A stretch of 64,000 nucleotides of DNA from Alphaproteobacteria bacterium. Its GTDB lineage: Bacteria > Pseudomonadota > Alphaproteobacteria > G965222575. This document shows, in pieces, positions 20,701-31,187 of the stretch. The DNA lies in the NCBI GenBank assembly GCA_965222575.1, contig OZ244958.1:1088001-1152000 (forward strand), written 5' to 3'. Both the position numbers and the translations under genes were made by a program. The notes under the pieces are model-generated. The model saw only the letters and a list, made by a program, of their open reading frames with translations. It was not told the origin of the DNA and did not search any database. Position 1 is the first letter of the stretch, and every line of letters begins with the position of its first letter.

Positions 20701-22339
20701 GGAGAGAAAACAGTTATTTCAGTCTGCTTTATCTTGGGGGGAGTATAGGAAGTTTGGCAAGGGAGGAGGGGTTTACGAGCGTTCTGCTAAAGAAGTTCCT
20801 TTGAATGCGGCTGTAAGAGATATGTTATCCGTAGAGGTTTCTTCTTTGCCTCCTTCAGAGGTTATTCGTGCTTTGTTGTGCGCCCCTGTTGATTTATTAT
20901 GGTTTGGTGGGATTGGTGTTTTTATCAAATCCTCTTTAGAGACGAATGAACAGGTACAAGATGTACAGAATGATGTGATACGTGTTAATGGGAGGAAGTT
21001 GCGAAGTAAAGTGATAGGGGAGGGGGCGAATTTAGCGTTGACGCAGCGGGGGCGTATAGAAGCTGCTAGTATAGGCATTAAGGTGACGGCAGATTTTATT
21101 GACAATGCAGGAGGGGTACATTGTTCTGATAGAGAGGTCAACATTAAAATGGCTTTAGCGCGTGCGGTGGGGCGCGGAGCTTTATCGTACAAGGACCGCA
21201 ATCTTCTTTTGAAGAAGATGACGGGTGATATAGAAAAACAAGTTGTATATGATAATTATTTACAGGCTTTGGCTTTATCCATTGAAGAAGAGGTTTCTGG
21301 GAAAGCGACGGAAAAGCTTCACAATTTTATCCAAGCTCTGGAGAGTGAAGGGTTGTTGAATAGGGAGGAAGAATATCTTCCCTCTTCTGAAGAGATGATG
21401 GGCATTGTGCAAAGGAAAGAGACCTTATCGCGTCCTATTTTGTCTGTTTTGTTGTGTTATAGCAAGATGTGGGTGAGAAAGTGTTTAGAGAGAGAAAATG
21501 AGCTTTCTGATGCTGACATTCAAAATCATTTGCCTTCTTATTTTCCTTGTGCTATGGAAGAGGGGTTTTTGGAAGACATTCGTTGTCACCCCCTGGGGAA
21601 AGAAATTGTCTACACGACTTTATCTAAGGATCTGGTACATTTTGGAGGACTTTTACTAGCTTTTGAGTTACAGAATTATTGTAATTGTAGTGTGACAACA
21701 GTTGCTAGAGCTTTTGAGTTGGTATGGCAGCTGTTTGACCTTAAGAGAATAGTGAAGAAGATTGAGTCTTTGGATGTGAAGGGGAAATTTTCTACACAGA
21801 TGGGACTGTTAGGGGACTTGCGTCGATTTATTTTTCACACAACGGCTCGAGTTATCAAGAGTGGTCTATTGGAGAAGATGTCTCTTGGTGTTTTAGTGGA
21901 GAAACTGTATCCTTTGGTTAAGATAGCTTTTAAGCGGTATAAGTCTCCTGGGATATTGTCGTCTAGTACTGTTATGGATATGGTGTTTTTATCACTTGAA
22001 GGGGTTGGGGACATAGAGACTGTGTGTTCTGTGGGAGATGAAGTTTCTAAAGGGTTGAATTTGAATACTTTGTTTGGAGGGGATGTTTTTGAAGGGTCTT
22101 TGGGAGAGCAAAAGGCGTTATTTATTCTTTTATCGGAGATTTTTCAAGCGAAAAGTACTCTTGTCAAACAAATCATCAATCACAACGGGACAAAGGTAAG
22201 AGAGTGTTTCAAACAGCATAAGCATTGTATTGACAGGATAAAGTCTTGCGGGCAAGGTTTTAAGAATTCAGGATATCGTGCGGAGCATTTAATTTTAGCC
22301 ATGGATAACTTAAATACTCTTATAAAGTCTTATGGATAG
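17726..22339 (+). CDS. Large NAD-specific glutamate dehydrogenase
   Basis: ARGGLRWSDR..DFR.EVLGL.KAQ.VKN, DPYLVVAADKGTATFSD, GYDHK.MGITA.GAW, GEGANL. Confidence 0.95.
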   Translation: MVCMSPKRLSEDLIKTLSSKISLKERGFEAFFQDFFRGFPEDMLGCLEAFEWEKVVRLSWRFFSSPRGGEHIDSVGSLRYVAILREDKPFLVDTSVIVLKRLGYRVVALRHPTLRVLRNEKKEIVRIGEGKLETLVVLCLDDRGHGQEKKVLRKALRESLKDVFCIVEDFPKMLEFTRACQKDIHSPRGEVHSQEIKRFLEWLIDESFVFLGCRTYRYYDLEKEKKPWRKVGEGIGLLRNPKRPSFQAFKEGDEQYQRTIPPLTLDFIRSQETVSVTKSSLRSLVHRDCYYDIIMLKQWDSEGKVLGEQRIVGLFSSKAYNTSIFEIPWLRGKVSDVSHQSSLQGHDNKALHHLLERYPRDELFQITRKDLRAVVLGVLDMEERPRLRVFARKDKFGRFMSFLLYIPVNQFSTKLQHAVGRYLAKTLCGRQSATYVLVENDSIARVNYIIGLGQSVKVPSIETLESHIQDMARSWSDKMKEVIEQKFKGEVAFRKQQFLSYFSVAYTDAFLGQEVLDDIENLESFLSNGVKVQASITVPPEYKGYLTFKLYAKGEPIELSAVLPILENMGLKTIKEEPYRLHKEKKTIWLHVYSLFFEGGVLKKHRLKERVQTAFKEIWEGRVDNDSFNRLIPGTGLDVRQVMILRAISRYLSRIGMPVPSRRQSYILLNYPFMCELICQYFDVRLSPKGGNNAKENRIVKAFQKGLNTITSMDEDRVFRRYFNVVEAILRTNFYKPNQECVVFKIKSEKVLDLPSPKPFVETYLCSTKIEGIHLRTSAVARGGLRWSDRLHDFRSEVLGLMKAQQVKNSLIVPSGAKGGFVLRKSDPDLTPQKDALQGYKQYIRGLLSVTDNRIGDKVLHPRGVHCRDKEDPYLVVAADKGTATFSDVANELSKEHGFWLSDAFASGGKQGYDHKAMGITAKGAWESVKRLFLSIGHDVQKKPFTVIGCGGMAGDVFGNGMLLSPYIKLIGSFNHRHIFLDPNPDLSESYKERKQLFQSALSWGEYRKFGKGGGVYERSAKEVPLNAAVRDMLSVEVSSLPPSEVIRALLCAPVDLLWFGGIGVFIKSSLETNEQVQDVQNDVIRVNGRKLRSKVIGEGANLALTQRGRIEAASIGIKVTADFIDNAGGVHCSDREVNIKMALARAVGRGALSYKDRNLLLKKMTGDIEKQVVYDNYLQALALSIEEEVSGKATEKLHNFIQALESEGLLNREEEYLPSSEEMMGIVQRKETLSRPILSVLLCYSKMWVRKCLERENELSDADIQNHLPSYFPCAMEEGFLEDIRCHPLGKEIVYTTLSKDLVHFGGLLLAFELQNYCNCSVTTVARAFELVWQLFDLKRIVKKIESLDVKGKFSTQMGLLGDLRRFIFHTTARVIKSGLLEKMSLGVLVEKLYPLVKIAFKRYKSPGILSSSTVMDMVFLSLEGVGDIETVCSVGDEVSKGLNLNTLFGGDVFEGSLGEQKALFILLSEIFQAKSTLVKQIINHNGTKVRECFKQHKHCIDRIKSCGQGFKNSGYRAEHLILAMDNLNTLIKSYG

Positions 22340-23702
22340 GGCTGATTTAGAGAGGGTGAGGCGGTTAGTAATAAAGCAGATGGCCTTTGAGCCTGATGAT
22401 AGGGTAGTGGTGGTGGCGATGTCTGGGGGTGTAGATTCCTCTGTAGCGGCAGCGCTTTTGAAGGAAGCAGGGTATCGTGTTGTTGGCATGACCTTACAGC
22501 TGTACAAGGCAGAGGGGGAGGAAGTTGCGAAGAAGAAAGCCTGTTGTGCAGGGGTTGATATTGTTGATGCGACAAAGGTAGCGGATACCTTAGGGATTGA
22601 CCACTATGTTTTAGATTATAAAGGGCGCTTTGAAGAGGCTGTGATAGTACCTTTCGCTAAAAGTTATACAGAAGGTAAAACGCCTATTCCCTGTATTCTG
22701 TGCAATCAAACGGTGAAATTTTCTGATTTATTGATGAGGTCTGAACAGCTGAAAGCGCGGGCTCTTGTGACGGGTCACTATATTCGGCGCTTGTCTCATA
22801 ATGGGATACCCTCTTTACATAGAGCTTGTGATGCGGCGAAAGATCAAAGTTATTTTTTGTTTGCTACCACACTTGAGCAGTTACAGTTTTTGAGGTTTCC
22901 CCTTGGTCAGTTTGCAACAAAAGTAGAAGTGCGGCAGTTAGCCGTTCATTTTTCCCTTCCTGTAGCGGAAAAGCCGGACAGCCAAGATATCTGTTTTATT
23001 CCCAATGGGAACTATGCAGACCTTGTGAAGGTTTTTTATCCTGAAAGCGTTAAAAAGGGGGACATAGTGAATCAGCAAGGGCAAGTGATTGGCACCCACG
23101 ATGGTATTGTGAACTATACAGTTGGACAACGCAGGCGTCTTGGAGTGGGGGGCTTAAAAACGCCTTTGTATGTGGTGGAAATTGATACGCTTAGGAACAC
23201 AATTGTGGTAGGCGAAAAAGAGGCTTTACGATGCGAGGAGCTACAGATTTATGAGGTAAATTGGCTTGGGGAAGAGCCTAAAAAGGAAAGGCTTCTTCAC
23301 GCGAAAGTGCGGGCGAACGCTAAGGCTGTTTTGGCGCGGTTTACCCCTCAGGACAATGGCAGAGGGAAAGTTATCTTCCAAGAAGAGGAATTTGCTGCAA
23401 GTCCCGGACAAGCATGTGTTTTTTATGATGATTCTCGTCTGATGGGAGGAGGATGGATAGGCCGAAGACCGTTAGGCCGAAGACCGTTAGGCCAAAGACC
23501 ATTAGGCCGGAGACCATTAGGCCGGAGACCGTTAGGCCGGAGACCGTTAGGCCGGAGACCGTTAGGCCGGAGACCGTTAGGCCGGAGACCGTTAAGACCG
23601 TTAGGCCAAAGACCATTAGGCCGGAGACCATTAGGCCGGAGACCGCTAAGCCCTAAAACTTTTCATTATCATACGCGCCCTGAATCTCTCAAAGAAGATT
23701 AG
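22332..23702 (+). CDS. mnmA: tRNA 2-thiouridylase MnmA with repetitive C-terminal extension
   Basis: [42 protein letters not shown]...GGGWI. Confidence 0.96.
   Translation: MDRADLERVRRLVIKQMAFEPDDRVVVVAMSGGVDSSVAAALLKEAGYRVVGMTLQLYKAEGEEVAKKKACCAGVDIVDATKVADTLGIDHYVLDYKGRFEEAVIVPFAKSYTEGKTPIPCILCNQTVKFSDLLMRSEQLKARALVTGHYIRRLSHNGIPSLHRACDAAKDQSYFLFATTLEQLQFLRFPLGQFATKVEVRQLAVHFSLPVAEKPDSQDICFIPNGNYADLVKVFYPESVKKGDIVNQQGQVIGTHDGIVNYTVGQRRRLGVGGLKTPLYVVEIDTLRNTIVVGEKEALRCEELQIYEVNWLGEEPKKERLLHAKVRANAKAVLARFTPQDNGRGKVIFQEEEFAASPGQACVFYDDSRLMGGGWIGRRPLGRRPLGQRPLGRRPLGRRPLGRRPLGRRPLGRRPLGRRPLRPLGQRPLGRRPLGRRPLSPKTFHYHTRPESLKED
23460..23648 (+). repeat. 15-bp tandem repeat (GGCCGGAGACCRTTA), 12 full units plus one partial, encoding (GRRPL)n
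   Basis: Read directly from the sequence; there are no spacers between units. Confidence 0.97.
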
Positions 23703-23740
23703 GCATAGCGCTTTTATTCTTATTGTGGTAGTAAAGACTT

Positions 23741-26700
23741 ATGAAAAAAGGGTTTTATATTCTTATTTCGAGAAGAGTCTCAGTTTTGTTACTATTTATA
23801 GCTCTTGGGGTAGGGGGGTATATTGCCATTGGGAGTTTACCGCGCGAGGGGATGCCTGATGTGGTGAGTCAGCAATTAGTCATTCGTTTATTTCCAAAAA
23901 ACATTGGGTCTCCGCAAGAGGTGGATGCTTTATATGTGACGCCTCTTGAGAGACGTCTTGGAGACTTGGAATTTTTGAAGAGCATGAGACTTTACATAAG
24001 AAACACCCGTGTTGCTATTCGTTTAGAGTTTGAAGAAAAGGCTGATATTGAAGAGCGCAAGCGTTATGTACAGGGCATTGTTGATGGTGTTGTGAAGATG
24101 GATAGGGAGCCTGTTGTAGAGATTCCTTCTTTTGTTAATGAAGGGAGTGTGAAGCTGGTGTTGTACAAAGGGAAGAGGGAGTTGTTACAACAGACGGCGC
24201 TTATGTTGCAAGGGAAGATAGAGTCTGTAAGTGGGGTAAAATCTGTTTCTTCTTATGGTTTTGCGCCTCAGATTGTGAGAATTTTGGTAACCCCTGAGAC
24301 CTTACGGACATACAATCTTCAAGAAAGCCATTTTGCTCGAGCGATTGCTTCTGGTAAAGGAAGGTCTTCTGCTGGTTCTGTTAAGCTAGGGAGTCAAAAG
24401 TGGCCGGTGGTCATTGCCCAGGAGATAAAAACCTTAGAGGATATCCGTTCTTTGCCTCTTTTGGAGCATGGAGATGGTACTGTTTTAACGATTTCTCAGG
24501 TAGCGGAAGTGGAGAAAGTACGTCAAGAGCTTGAACGTTATAGTCGTTATAATGGCCATTCTTCCGTTATTTTGGAGGCGAATTTCATGCCCGGCAGTAA
24601 TGTTGTTGAGACCTCTGATGCTGTGAGACAAGCCATTAGAGATGTCATTGCCTCACAAGAGCAGGCAGGGGTTGCAGTAGTATTTCTTGAAGACAGAGGG
24701 CAAGAGATAAAAGAACTGCTGAGAAACCTTCAAAATACTGTCTTATTCTCTACGATTTTACTGGTGATGTTTTTGACTTTATTGTTAGGCTATAAAGAGG
24801 CTTTATTAGTGAGTTTGTGTATTCCCGGCTCTTTTTTGACGGCTTTTGTCGCCTTACATTTCTTAGGGATGACCTTAAATTTTGTCAGTCTCTTCGCTTT
24901 GATTTTCGTGGTAGGAATGCTAGTTGACGCTTCTATCATCATGGTGGAGAATGCTTTTTACCGTATAAAAGGCGGTCTTACCTCAAAGGCAGCCTTTGTT
25001 GATTCTTGTTATACCCTTTCTATTCCTATTATGACCTCGACTGCTACGACAGTTTTGGCTTTTCTCCCCTTATTGTTTTTTCCCGGCATCATGGGTCAAA
25101 TGATGAAGGTTTTGCCTATTACTGTGTGTGTAGCATTAATTGGCTCATTGGTGATGGCTCTTTTTTTTCTGCCTGCTATTGGCACATTTTTTTTGCGCAC
25201 CCCTTCAACAAGAGAAGAGAACCCCATAGAAGAAAATGATGCGCAATTATGGGGAAAGTGGACAAGGGCTTATGCGCAGTTTTTAGAAGGAATCTTAAGG
25301 TCACCTTTGAGGATTGGCCTTGTGATAACGGGTGTTGTCATTTTTGTTGCGGGGGCAGTGTTCTTATTGCCCGGGTTGAATAATAAGCTACAAATGTCTG
25401 AAGAATTCGATGATACGCGCGGCATGCTTTTTATTGTTAATGAGAGTCATTATTCTTTAGAGACAATGCGTACCCTTATTACGGAAATTGAAAACATAGT
25501 TCTCGAACAACCCTTTATCAAAAGTCTATCGAGTTCCTTAGATGAAGGCACTTGTAGAATGAGACTTATCTATAAGGAGAGCCTGAAAAAAGAAGCGGCA
25601 GAAGTGATGGATATGCTTTCGCGAAAGTTGGATGAAGAGTATGAAGGCCTTAGAATTGTAGATTCTTGGAGAGACTTAAGGGAAGGCGGGGGCGGAAGAG
25701 ATGTGGGGGGGCGTTATGTGGATATAGAGGTGGTGTTGCGTTCTGAGCATAAAGAATTGATGGCAGCTATAGCTGAAAAAATTCAACAATACATGGAAAA
25801 AGAAGGGTTTAAGAATCCCTCTTTATCCTCTGAGGATAATTCTTTACAGTGGGTTTTGACCCTTAAGAAACAGGAGATGTTGCGTTATGGGGTTTTGGAA
25901 AGTGATATTGCCAACGCCATTAAGAAGAATACCTCTGGGGTTATTGTGGGAAAATTCATTCCAGTGGATACCCTTGAAGAAACAGATATCTTGTTAGTGT
26001 TTGAAGGCGAAAATGAACAGGGGAGCAATATTGAAACGCTTTTGTTGAGAACACCAAAGGGAGATATCCCGTTGTCTCATTTTCTCACAAAATCTCCTGA
26101 CAGAGGGAAAGGCGTCATTGTCAGACGCAATAAAGAAATGTCTATATCGGTGGAGGCTACTGTACTGAAAAGTGGCTTTGAAGCCACTAGGAAAAAATTG
26201 CATCAATGGATTAAGGCTGAAAATTTTTCTCCTGTTGTGAGTATTGGGCAAGGGAAAAGAGAACGAGAGATGGAGGAATCAAAAGCTTTTGTCGGCAAAG
26301 CGTTTATTATTGCGCTACTGTTGATTTTTGTGGTGTTAATGGCACAGTTTAATTCCTTGTCACAGGTTTTAATCATTATGACCTCTGTGGTGTTATCCAC
26401 CGCCTTTACAGTTTACATTTTATATTTCAAGGAGAATGTAGAAGTCATCACAGCAGGGGTGGGATTATTAGCATTTGCTGGTATCATTGTGAATAACAAC
26501 ATTGTTTTAGTGGATACTTACAATCGTCTGAGAAAAAGTGACAAAATAGAAGCTATCAAGTTGGCAGTTGCTAGACGCATGCGTCCTATTTTGCTAACAG
26601 CCCTGACAACCTCTTTGGGGTTTTTGCCCTTAGTGCTTCAGATTCAAGTGGATTTTTTAGCATTAAGCGTGCGCCGTGCAGAGGAAACATTCGCAACAGT

Positions 26701-26863
26701 GCTCTGGACTTCTGCTTCCTCCGTGTTGTGTTTTGGGCTTTTATTCGCTACAATCCTCTCATTGCTTGCAACGCCGTGTTTACTAGCTTTTGCTTATTAT
26801 CTAGAACAACGGGTTGGTCAATTTTTCTATAAGATGAAAGCGACCTTGTTAAGCAAAAAATAG
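23741..26863 (+). CDS. RND efflux permease (AcrB-like, diverged copy)
   Basis: 1040 aa; GMLVDASIIMVEN, AQFNS, VNNNIVLVD, RMRPILLT. Confidence 0.9.
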   Translation: MKKGFYILISRRVSVLLLFIALGVGGYIAIGSLPREGMPDVVSQQLVIRLFPKNIGSPQEVDALYVTPLERRLGDLEFLKSMRLYIRNTRVAIRLEFEEKADIEERKRYVQGIVDGVVKMDREPVVEIPSFVNEGSVKLVLYKGKRELLQQTALMLQGKIESVSGVKSVSSYGFAPQIVRILVTPETLRTYNLQESHFARAIASGKGRSSAGSVKLGSQKWPVVIAQEIKTLEDIRSLPLLEHGDGTVLTISQVAEVEKVRQELERYSRYNGHSSVILEANFMPGSNVVETSDAVRQAIRDVIASQEQAGVAVVFLEDRGQEIKELLRNLQNTVLFSTILLVMFLTLLLGYKEALLVSLCIPGSFLTAFVALHFLGMTLNFVSLFALIFVVGMLVDASIIMVENAFYRIKGGLTSKAAFVDSCYTLSIPIMTSTATTVLAFLPLLFFPGIMGQMMKVLPITVCVALIGSLVMALFFLPAIGTFFLRTPSTREENPIEENDAQLWGKWTRAYAQFLEGILRSPLRIGLVITGVVIFVAGAVFLLPGLNNKLQMSEEFDDTRGMLFIVNESHYSLETMRTLITEIENIVLEQPFIKSLSSSLDEGTCRMRLIYKESLKKEAAEVMDMLSRKLDEEYEGLRIVDSWRDLREGGGGRDVGGRYVDIEVVLRSEHKELMAAIAEKIQQYMEKEGFKNPSLSSEDNSLQWVLTLKKQEMLRYGVLESDIANAIKKNTSGVIVGKFIPVDTLEETDILLVFEGENEQGSNIETLLLRTPKGDIPLSHFLTKSPDRGKGVIVRRNKEMSISVEATVLKSGFEATRKKLHQWIKAENFSPVVSIGQGKREREMEESKAFVGKAFIIALLLIFVVLMAQFNSLSQVLIIMTSVVLSTAFTVYILYFKENVEVITAGVGLLAFAGIIVNNNIVLVDTYNRLRKSDKIEAIKLAVARRMRPILLTALTTSLGFLPLVLQIQVDFLALSVRRAEETFATVLWTSASSVLCFGLLFATILSLLATPCLLAFAYYLEQRVGQFFYKMKATLLSKK

Positions 26864-26875
26864 GAGACTTGAGGA

Positions 26876-27979
26876 GTGAATAAAAGAACAGTTTTAGCCC
26901 TTGTGATTATGCTAGGGATTAGTGTGGCTTGGATAACAGCCGTAGTTGTGAAGCACAAGAAAGAAGCCAATCAAGAAGAAACAGCTAGTACAAGTGCTTC
27001 TTGGCAAGGCAAGAAAGGGGGCCAAAAAAGAGAATTTTTTGTTCAAGTTTCTTCTTTTGAAGCTACAGAAAAAGCAGTGATTGAAATTGCTAATGGGCAT
27101 ACAGAGGCTTATAGAGATGTTTATGTCACTCTTGCCTCTGGGGTAAAAGGAACAGTGCATAAGATTTTGGTTGCAGAAGGAGAGGCTGTGAAAAAAGGTC
27201 AAGTATTGTTGTCCATCACTCCTGATCCTGGCATGAGTGAAGATTTACAATCTGCCCGTTCTGCGTTACAAGACGCTAGAATTAATTTGAAGACGAATCA
27301 AGAATTATTCCAAGAGGGGTATGTCTCGGAAACCACTTTATTGAAAGTACGGGGAACATTTGAACGGGCACAGGCTAGTGCTAAGAAGATGGAAGAAACC
27401 ATTAGGGATTTGAAACCAAAAGCCCCTTTTGATGGATATCTGGAAAGCCTTGAAGTGGATATTGGGCAAAGTGTTGGAGGAGGTCTTAAAGTTGGGCGTG
27501 TCGTAGATATGGAGCCCTTGTATTTTGTAGGATTTGTCTCTCAACACAGCGTTCAAAAGCTACATGTTGGCCTCTCGGCACAAGTGGAGACAGCCCAAGG
27601 AGATACACGACAAGGGAAGATTGTGTTTATCAGTAATGTTGCAAGTCCTAATTCTCGTACCTTTGAAGTGAAAATCACCATTGAAAATAAGGATAGCTCT
27701 ATTAGAGCTGGCGTGGCAGCACAGGCTCATATGGTAACAGGCTTTGAAAAAGCGCACTTGATTAAGGCAGGGTACCTTACGCTTAACGCTGAAGGGCAAT
27801 TAGGGGTTAGAACTGTTGATGAAGAGCAGTTGGTCGTATTTTATCCTATTGAAATCCTAGAGGATACAGCAAATGGTATATGGGTAACAGGTCTTCCTTC
27901 AACAGTCATGGTTATTACGCAAGGACAAGAAATGGTGTTGGAAGGTGAGCGGGTGAACATACAGCATCTGAATCCGTGA
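26876..27979 (+). CDS. RND periplasmic adaptor (MFP)
   Basis: N-terminal TM; EG..VKKGQ.L, APFDG, SRTF.V. Confidence 0.9.
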   Translation: MNKRTVLALVIMLGISVAWITAVVVKHKKEANQEETASTSASWQGKKGGQKREFFVQVSSFEATEKAVIEIANGHTEAYRDVYVTLASGVKGTVHKILVAEGEAVKKGQVLLSITPDPGMSEDLQSARSALQDARINLKTNQELFQEGYVSETTLLKVRGTFERAQASAKKMEETIRDLKPKAPFDGYLESLEVDIGQSVGGGLKVGRVVDMEPLYFVGFVSQHSVQKLHVGLSAQVETAQGDTRQGKIVFISNVASPNSRTFEVKITIENKDSSIRAGVAAQAHMVTGFEKAHLIKAGYLTLNAEGQLGVRTVDEEQLVVFYPIEILEDTANGIWVTGLPSTVMVITQGQEMVLEGERVNIQHLNP

Positions 27980-30900
27980 AGCCTATTATTAGCAACATTC
28001 TTCAGAGAAAAAGGACAATCCTTCTTTTATTGTTTTTTACAATAGTAGCAGGGGTTTCTTCTATGCTGAGTATTCCCAAAGAGGCAGCTCCTGATGTTGA
28101 TGTTCCTGTGATGTATACGTCCATTCGTGTACCGGGTGCGGCGCCTAACAGCATAGAAAGGCTGGTGATACGTCATATAGAGAGAGAATTTTCCACTATA
28201 GAAGGCGTAAAAGCAATGACCTCTACGGCGTCCTTTGGTCATGGATCAGTTGTATTAGAGTTTGAAGCGAATTTTGATAGTGATGCTGCGTTGGAAGAAG
28301 TCAAAGATGCTATGGATGAGGCAGAAGGATTTTTTCCTAAAGAGGCAGAAAAGCCTGAGATTCATGAGATAAATGTTGCGTTGTTTCCCATTATCAGTGT
28401 TGTGGTGTATGGGAAAGCTCTTGATAGGACGCTTTACCGGGTTGCTGATGCGTTAGAGGAAAGCATTTCGCAATTATCTCAAGTGTTGGAGGTGAACATA
28501 AAGGGCAAAAGAAAAGAGGTAATAGAAATTACTATAGAGCCCTTAGTGTTGAAGAGTTACAACATGACTTATACGGAAGTGTTGAGGTCATTGAGTCAAA
28601 ATAATGTCTCTATTTCTTCTGGGAAACTTAACACTTCTGATGGGAGTTTTCCTCTTAAGATTATGGGAGAAGTAGAAAGTCTGAAAGATTTACTAGAATT
28701 TCCTATTTTTCGCGATGGGGATCATGTGGTGATTTTATCTGACTTAGCGACGGTGAGGTCTAGTTATGAAGAGGCAACGTCTTATGCGCGGTATAACGGA
28801 GAGCCGGCATTAGTGTTAGAGATTGTCAAAAAGATGGGGGAAAATATTATTGAAACCTCTGATGCTGTTCACAAGATTTTGGAGGTAGCGAATGGGAGGC
28901 TTCCGCAAGGGGTAGAGGTACGCATTACTACGGATCAATCTACGCAGATAAAGCGTATGGTTTCAGACCTTGGCAATTCGGTAATTTTATCGATTTTTCT
29001 AGTATTTTTAGCGGTCTTATTTTTCGTTGGGGCACGGACAGCAACCTTAGTATGTATCACGATACCAAGTTCTTTAATGCTAACATTTATGACACTGAAT
29101 TTCTTAGGCTTTACAGTGAATATGGTGGTGCTGTTTGCCATGATATTGGCCTCTGGCATGTTGGTAGACGGTGCTGTGATTGTAGCAGAATATGCGGACA
29201 GAAAACTCCGCGAGGGACACTCCTCTCAACAAGCGTTTCTTGAGGCGACTACTCGTATGTTTTGGCCTATTTTGACTTCAACTTCTACAACCCTAATGGC
29301 GTTTTTACCCCTGATGTTTTGGCCGGGGATTGTGGGGAAATTTATGAAGTATTTGCCCTTAACCTTATTAATTACTTTATCAGCCTCACTGGTGATGGCT
29401 TTGATTGTTCTTCCGACATTGGGGTCTCTTTTTTTCAGAAACAGCTCAGAAAAAGAGAGAGAAAATCGTCATATGCTACAACCCTTGATATCCGTTTATG
29501 TGCGCTTTATGAAATGGGCTGTGTACAGAGGACGCAATATAGCCTTAGTGTTAGGAGGCGTCCTTTTTTGTCTCGCAGGGATTGTGGTGATCTACAAAAA
29601 TTTTGGAAGGGGGGTAGAATTCTTTCCTTATGTTGAGCCGGAAAACGCTTATGTAAAAATTCATGCTAGGGGAAACGCTTCCCTTGAGAAAATACAGGAT
29701 ATTATCAAGGATGTAGAAATAAAACTTAGGGAAAAGCAAGAGCTTTTTGAATTCACCTACGCAACCATAGAAGAAGAGAAGGGGACAGATGTTGTGGGGA
29801 AAATAGACTTTACCTTTGTAGAGTGGTACAAGCGTCCTAAAGTTAAGGCTATCATAGAGGATTTGTCCGTAGCGTTTTCTACTATACCCGGTGTGGAAAT
29901 GGAGATTGGGTATGAAAAAGCGGGTCCTCCTTCTGCGAAAGATATTATAATAAGGCTTTCTTCAGAGGATAGTGAGGCCTTATTGTCTGTAGGGAAAAAG
30001 ATACGTTCTCATCTGGAATCCATAGAGGATTTAAGAGATATTGCTGACACGGAAGATTTGCCCGGTATAGAGTGGAAAATGACCTTAAATGAAGAGGCTG
30101 TTATGCGGTATGGGACTTCTAATTCTGAGATAGGTCTTGGGTTGAAGCTTCTGACGACGGGCTTAGTAATTGGAGCATATAAGTCTGCTTTATTAGAGGA
30201 AGACATTGATATTCTTCTTCGTTATCCTAAGTCGTATCGTAATTTACAGGAGTTGAAGAATTTTTCTCTCAAAACGTCACGTGGGGATATTCCGTTAGAT
30301 ACGTTTATGAAGTGGGAAGCTATTCCTAGGGGTGGCACCATAAGACGTGTGGATCAGTTGCGGGCTTTTGAAGTTAACAGCAGTGTGACGCCCGGCGTGA
30401 TTGTGAATGATAAGATTCAGGAAATTAGGAATTGGTTGGGAGAGCAGGATTTTCCTTCTACAGTAGAGATAGAATTTGTCGGTCAATTACAGGACCAAAA
30501 GGATGCAGCAGCTTTTCTACAAAAGGCTTTTGCGGTAGCGATTGTTTTGATGCTGGTGATACTTCTTACGCAGTTTAACAGTTTTTACCAATGTTTCTTA
30601 GTGTTAACAGCTGTTGTGATGTCAACACTTTCAGGGTTGTTGGGTCTTTTGATAGTAGGGAAGCCGTTTAGTATTGTGATGTCAGGCGTTGGGGTTATAG
30701 CCCTTGCTGGGGTGGTAGTGAACAACAACATCGTGTTAATAGACACTTACAATTATTTGCGGCGTGTTGTGGGAATGGAGGCTCTTGAGGCCATTGTTCG
30801 GACGGGGGAGCAACGGTTACGTCCTGTGTTTATCACGGCTTTTACGACGGTGATTGCTCTTCTTCCTATGATGTTACAGGTTAATGTGGATATTGTAGGG

Positions 30901-31074
30901 TTTGAGATTAGCCGTGGGGCGCCCTCTACGCAATGGTGGGTTCAGCAATCCTCTGTTGTCGCAGCAGGTCTTGCTGTTTCTACGATTTTAACGCTTGTGG
31001 CAACGCCTTGTTTTTTAGCCCTAGGGGTTTATGTTGGGCGTTTTCAACAAAGGCTAAGGAAGAAGAAAGCTTAA
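27976..31074 (+). CDS. RND efflux permease (AcrB-like)
   Basis: IPKE..PDV.VP, GMLVDGA, VNNNIVLIDTYN, RLRPV..T. Confidence 0.92.
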   Translation: MKPIISNILQRKRTILLLLFFTIVAGVSSMLSIPKEAAPDVDVPVMYTSIRVPGAAPNSIERLVIRHIEREFSTIEGVKAMTSTASFGHGSVVLEFEANFDSDAALEEVKDAMDEAEGFFPKEAEKPEIHEINVALFPIISVVVYGKALDRTLYRVADALEESISQLSQVLEVNIKGKRKEVIEITIEPLVLKSYNMTYTEVLRSLSQNNVSISSGKLNTSDGSFPLKIMGEVESLKDLLEFPIFRDGDHVVILSDLATVRSSYEEATSYARYNGEPALVLEIVKKMGENIIETSDAVHKILEVANGRLPQGVEVRITTDQSTQIKRMVSDLGNSVILSIFLVFLAVLFFVGARTATLVCITIPSSLMLTFMTLNFLGFTVNMVVLFAMILASGMLVDGAVIVAEYADRKLREGHSSQQAFLEATTRMFWPILTSTSTTLMAFLPLMFWPGIVGKFMKYLPLTLLITLSASLVMALIVLPTLGSLFFRNSSEKERENRHMLQPLISVYVRFMKWAVYRGRNIALVLGGVLFCLAGIVVIYKNFGRGVEFFPYVEPENAYVKIHARGNASLEKIQDIIKDVEIKLREKQELFEFTYATIEEEKGTDVVGKIDFTFVEWYKRPKVKAIIEDLSVAFSTIPGVEMEIGYEKAGPPSAKDIIIRLSSEDSEALLSVGKKIRSHLESIEDLRDIADTEDLPGIEWKMTLNEEAVMRYGTSNSEIGLGLKLLTTGLVIGAYKSALLEEDIDILLRYPKSYRNLQELKNFSLKTSRGDIPLDTFMKWEAIPRGGTIRRVDQLRAFEVNSSVTPGVIVNDKIQEIRNWLGEQDFPSTVEIEFVGQLQDQKDAAAFLQKAFAVAIVLMLVILLTQFNSFYQCFLVLTAVVMSTLSGLLGLLIVGKPFSIVMSGVGVIALAGVVVNNNIVLIDTYNYLRRVVGMEALEAIVRTGEQRLRPVFITAFTTVIALLPMMLQVNVDIVGFEISRGAPSTQWWVQQSSVVAAGLAVSTILTLVATPCFLALGVYVGRFQQRLRKKKA

Positions 31075-31187
31075 GGGGGGTAAGGGTGATAAAAAAATCT
31101 TGACTCTCTTCTTGAAGTCATTAACTATAGAGGTTGGATAAACTACCTGATAGAGCGCATCTCTTTAATTAGATAAACAATGGTATT

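Noticed and set aside
23460-23648. 15-bp array as a CRISPR or iteron array
   Set aside because: No spacers and no rep gene; it is in frame within mnmA.
31101-31120. TGACT-N10-AGTCA upstream of hemP as an iron regulator box
   Set aside because: Spacing does not fit the RirA (TGA-N9-TCA), Fur or Irr consensus that I can support.
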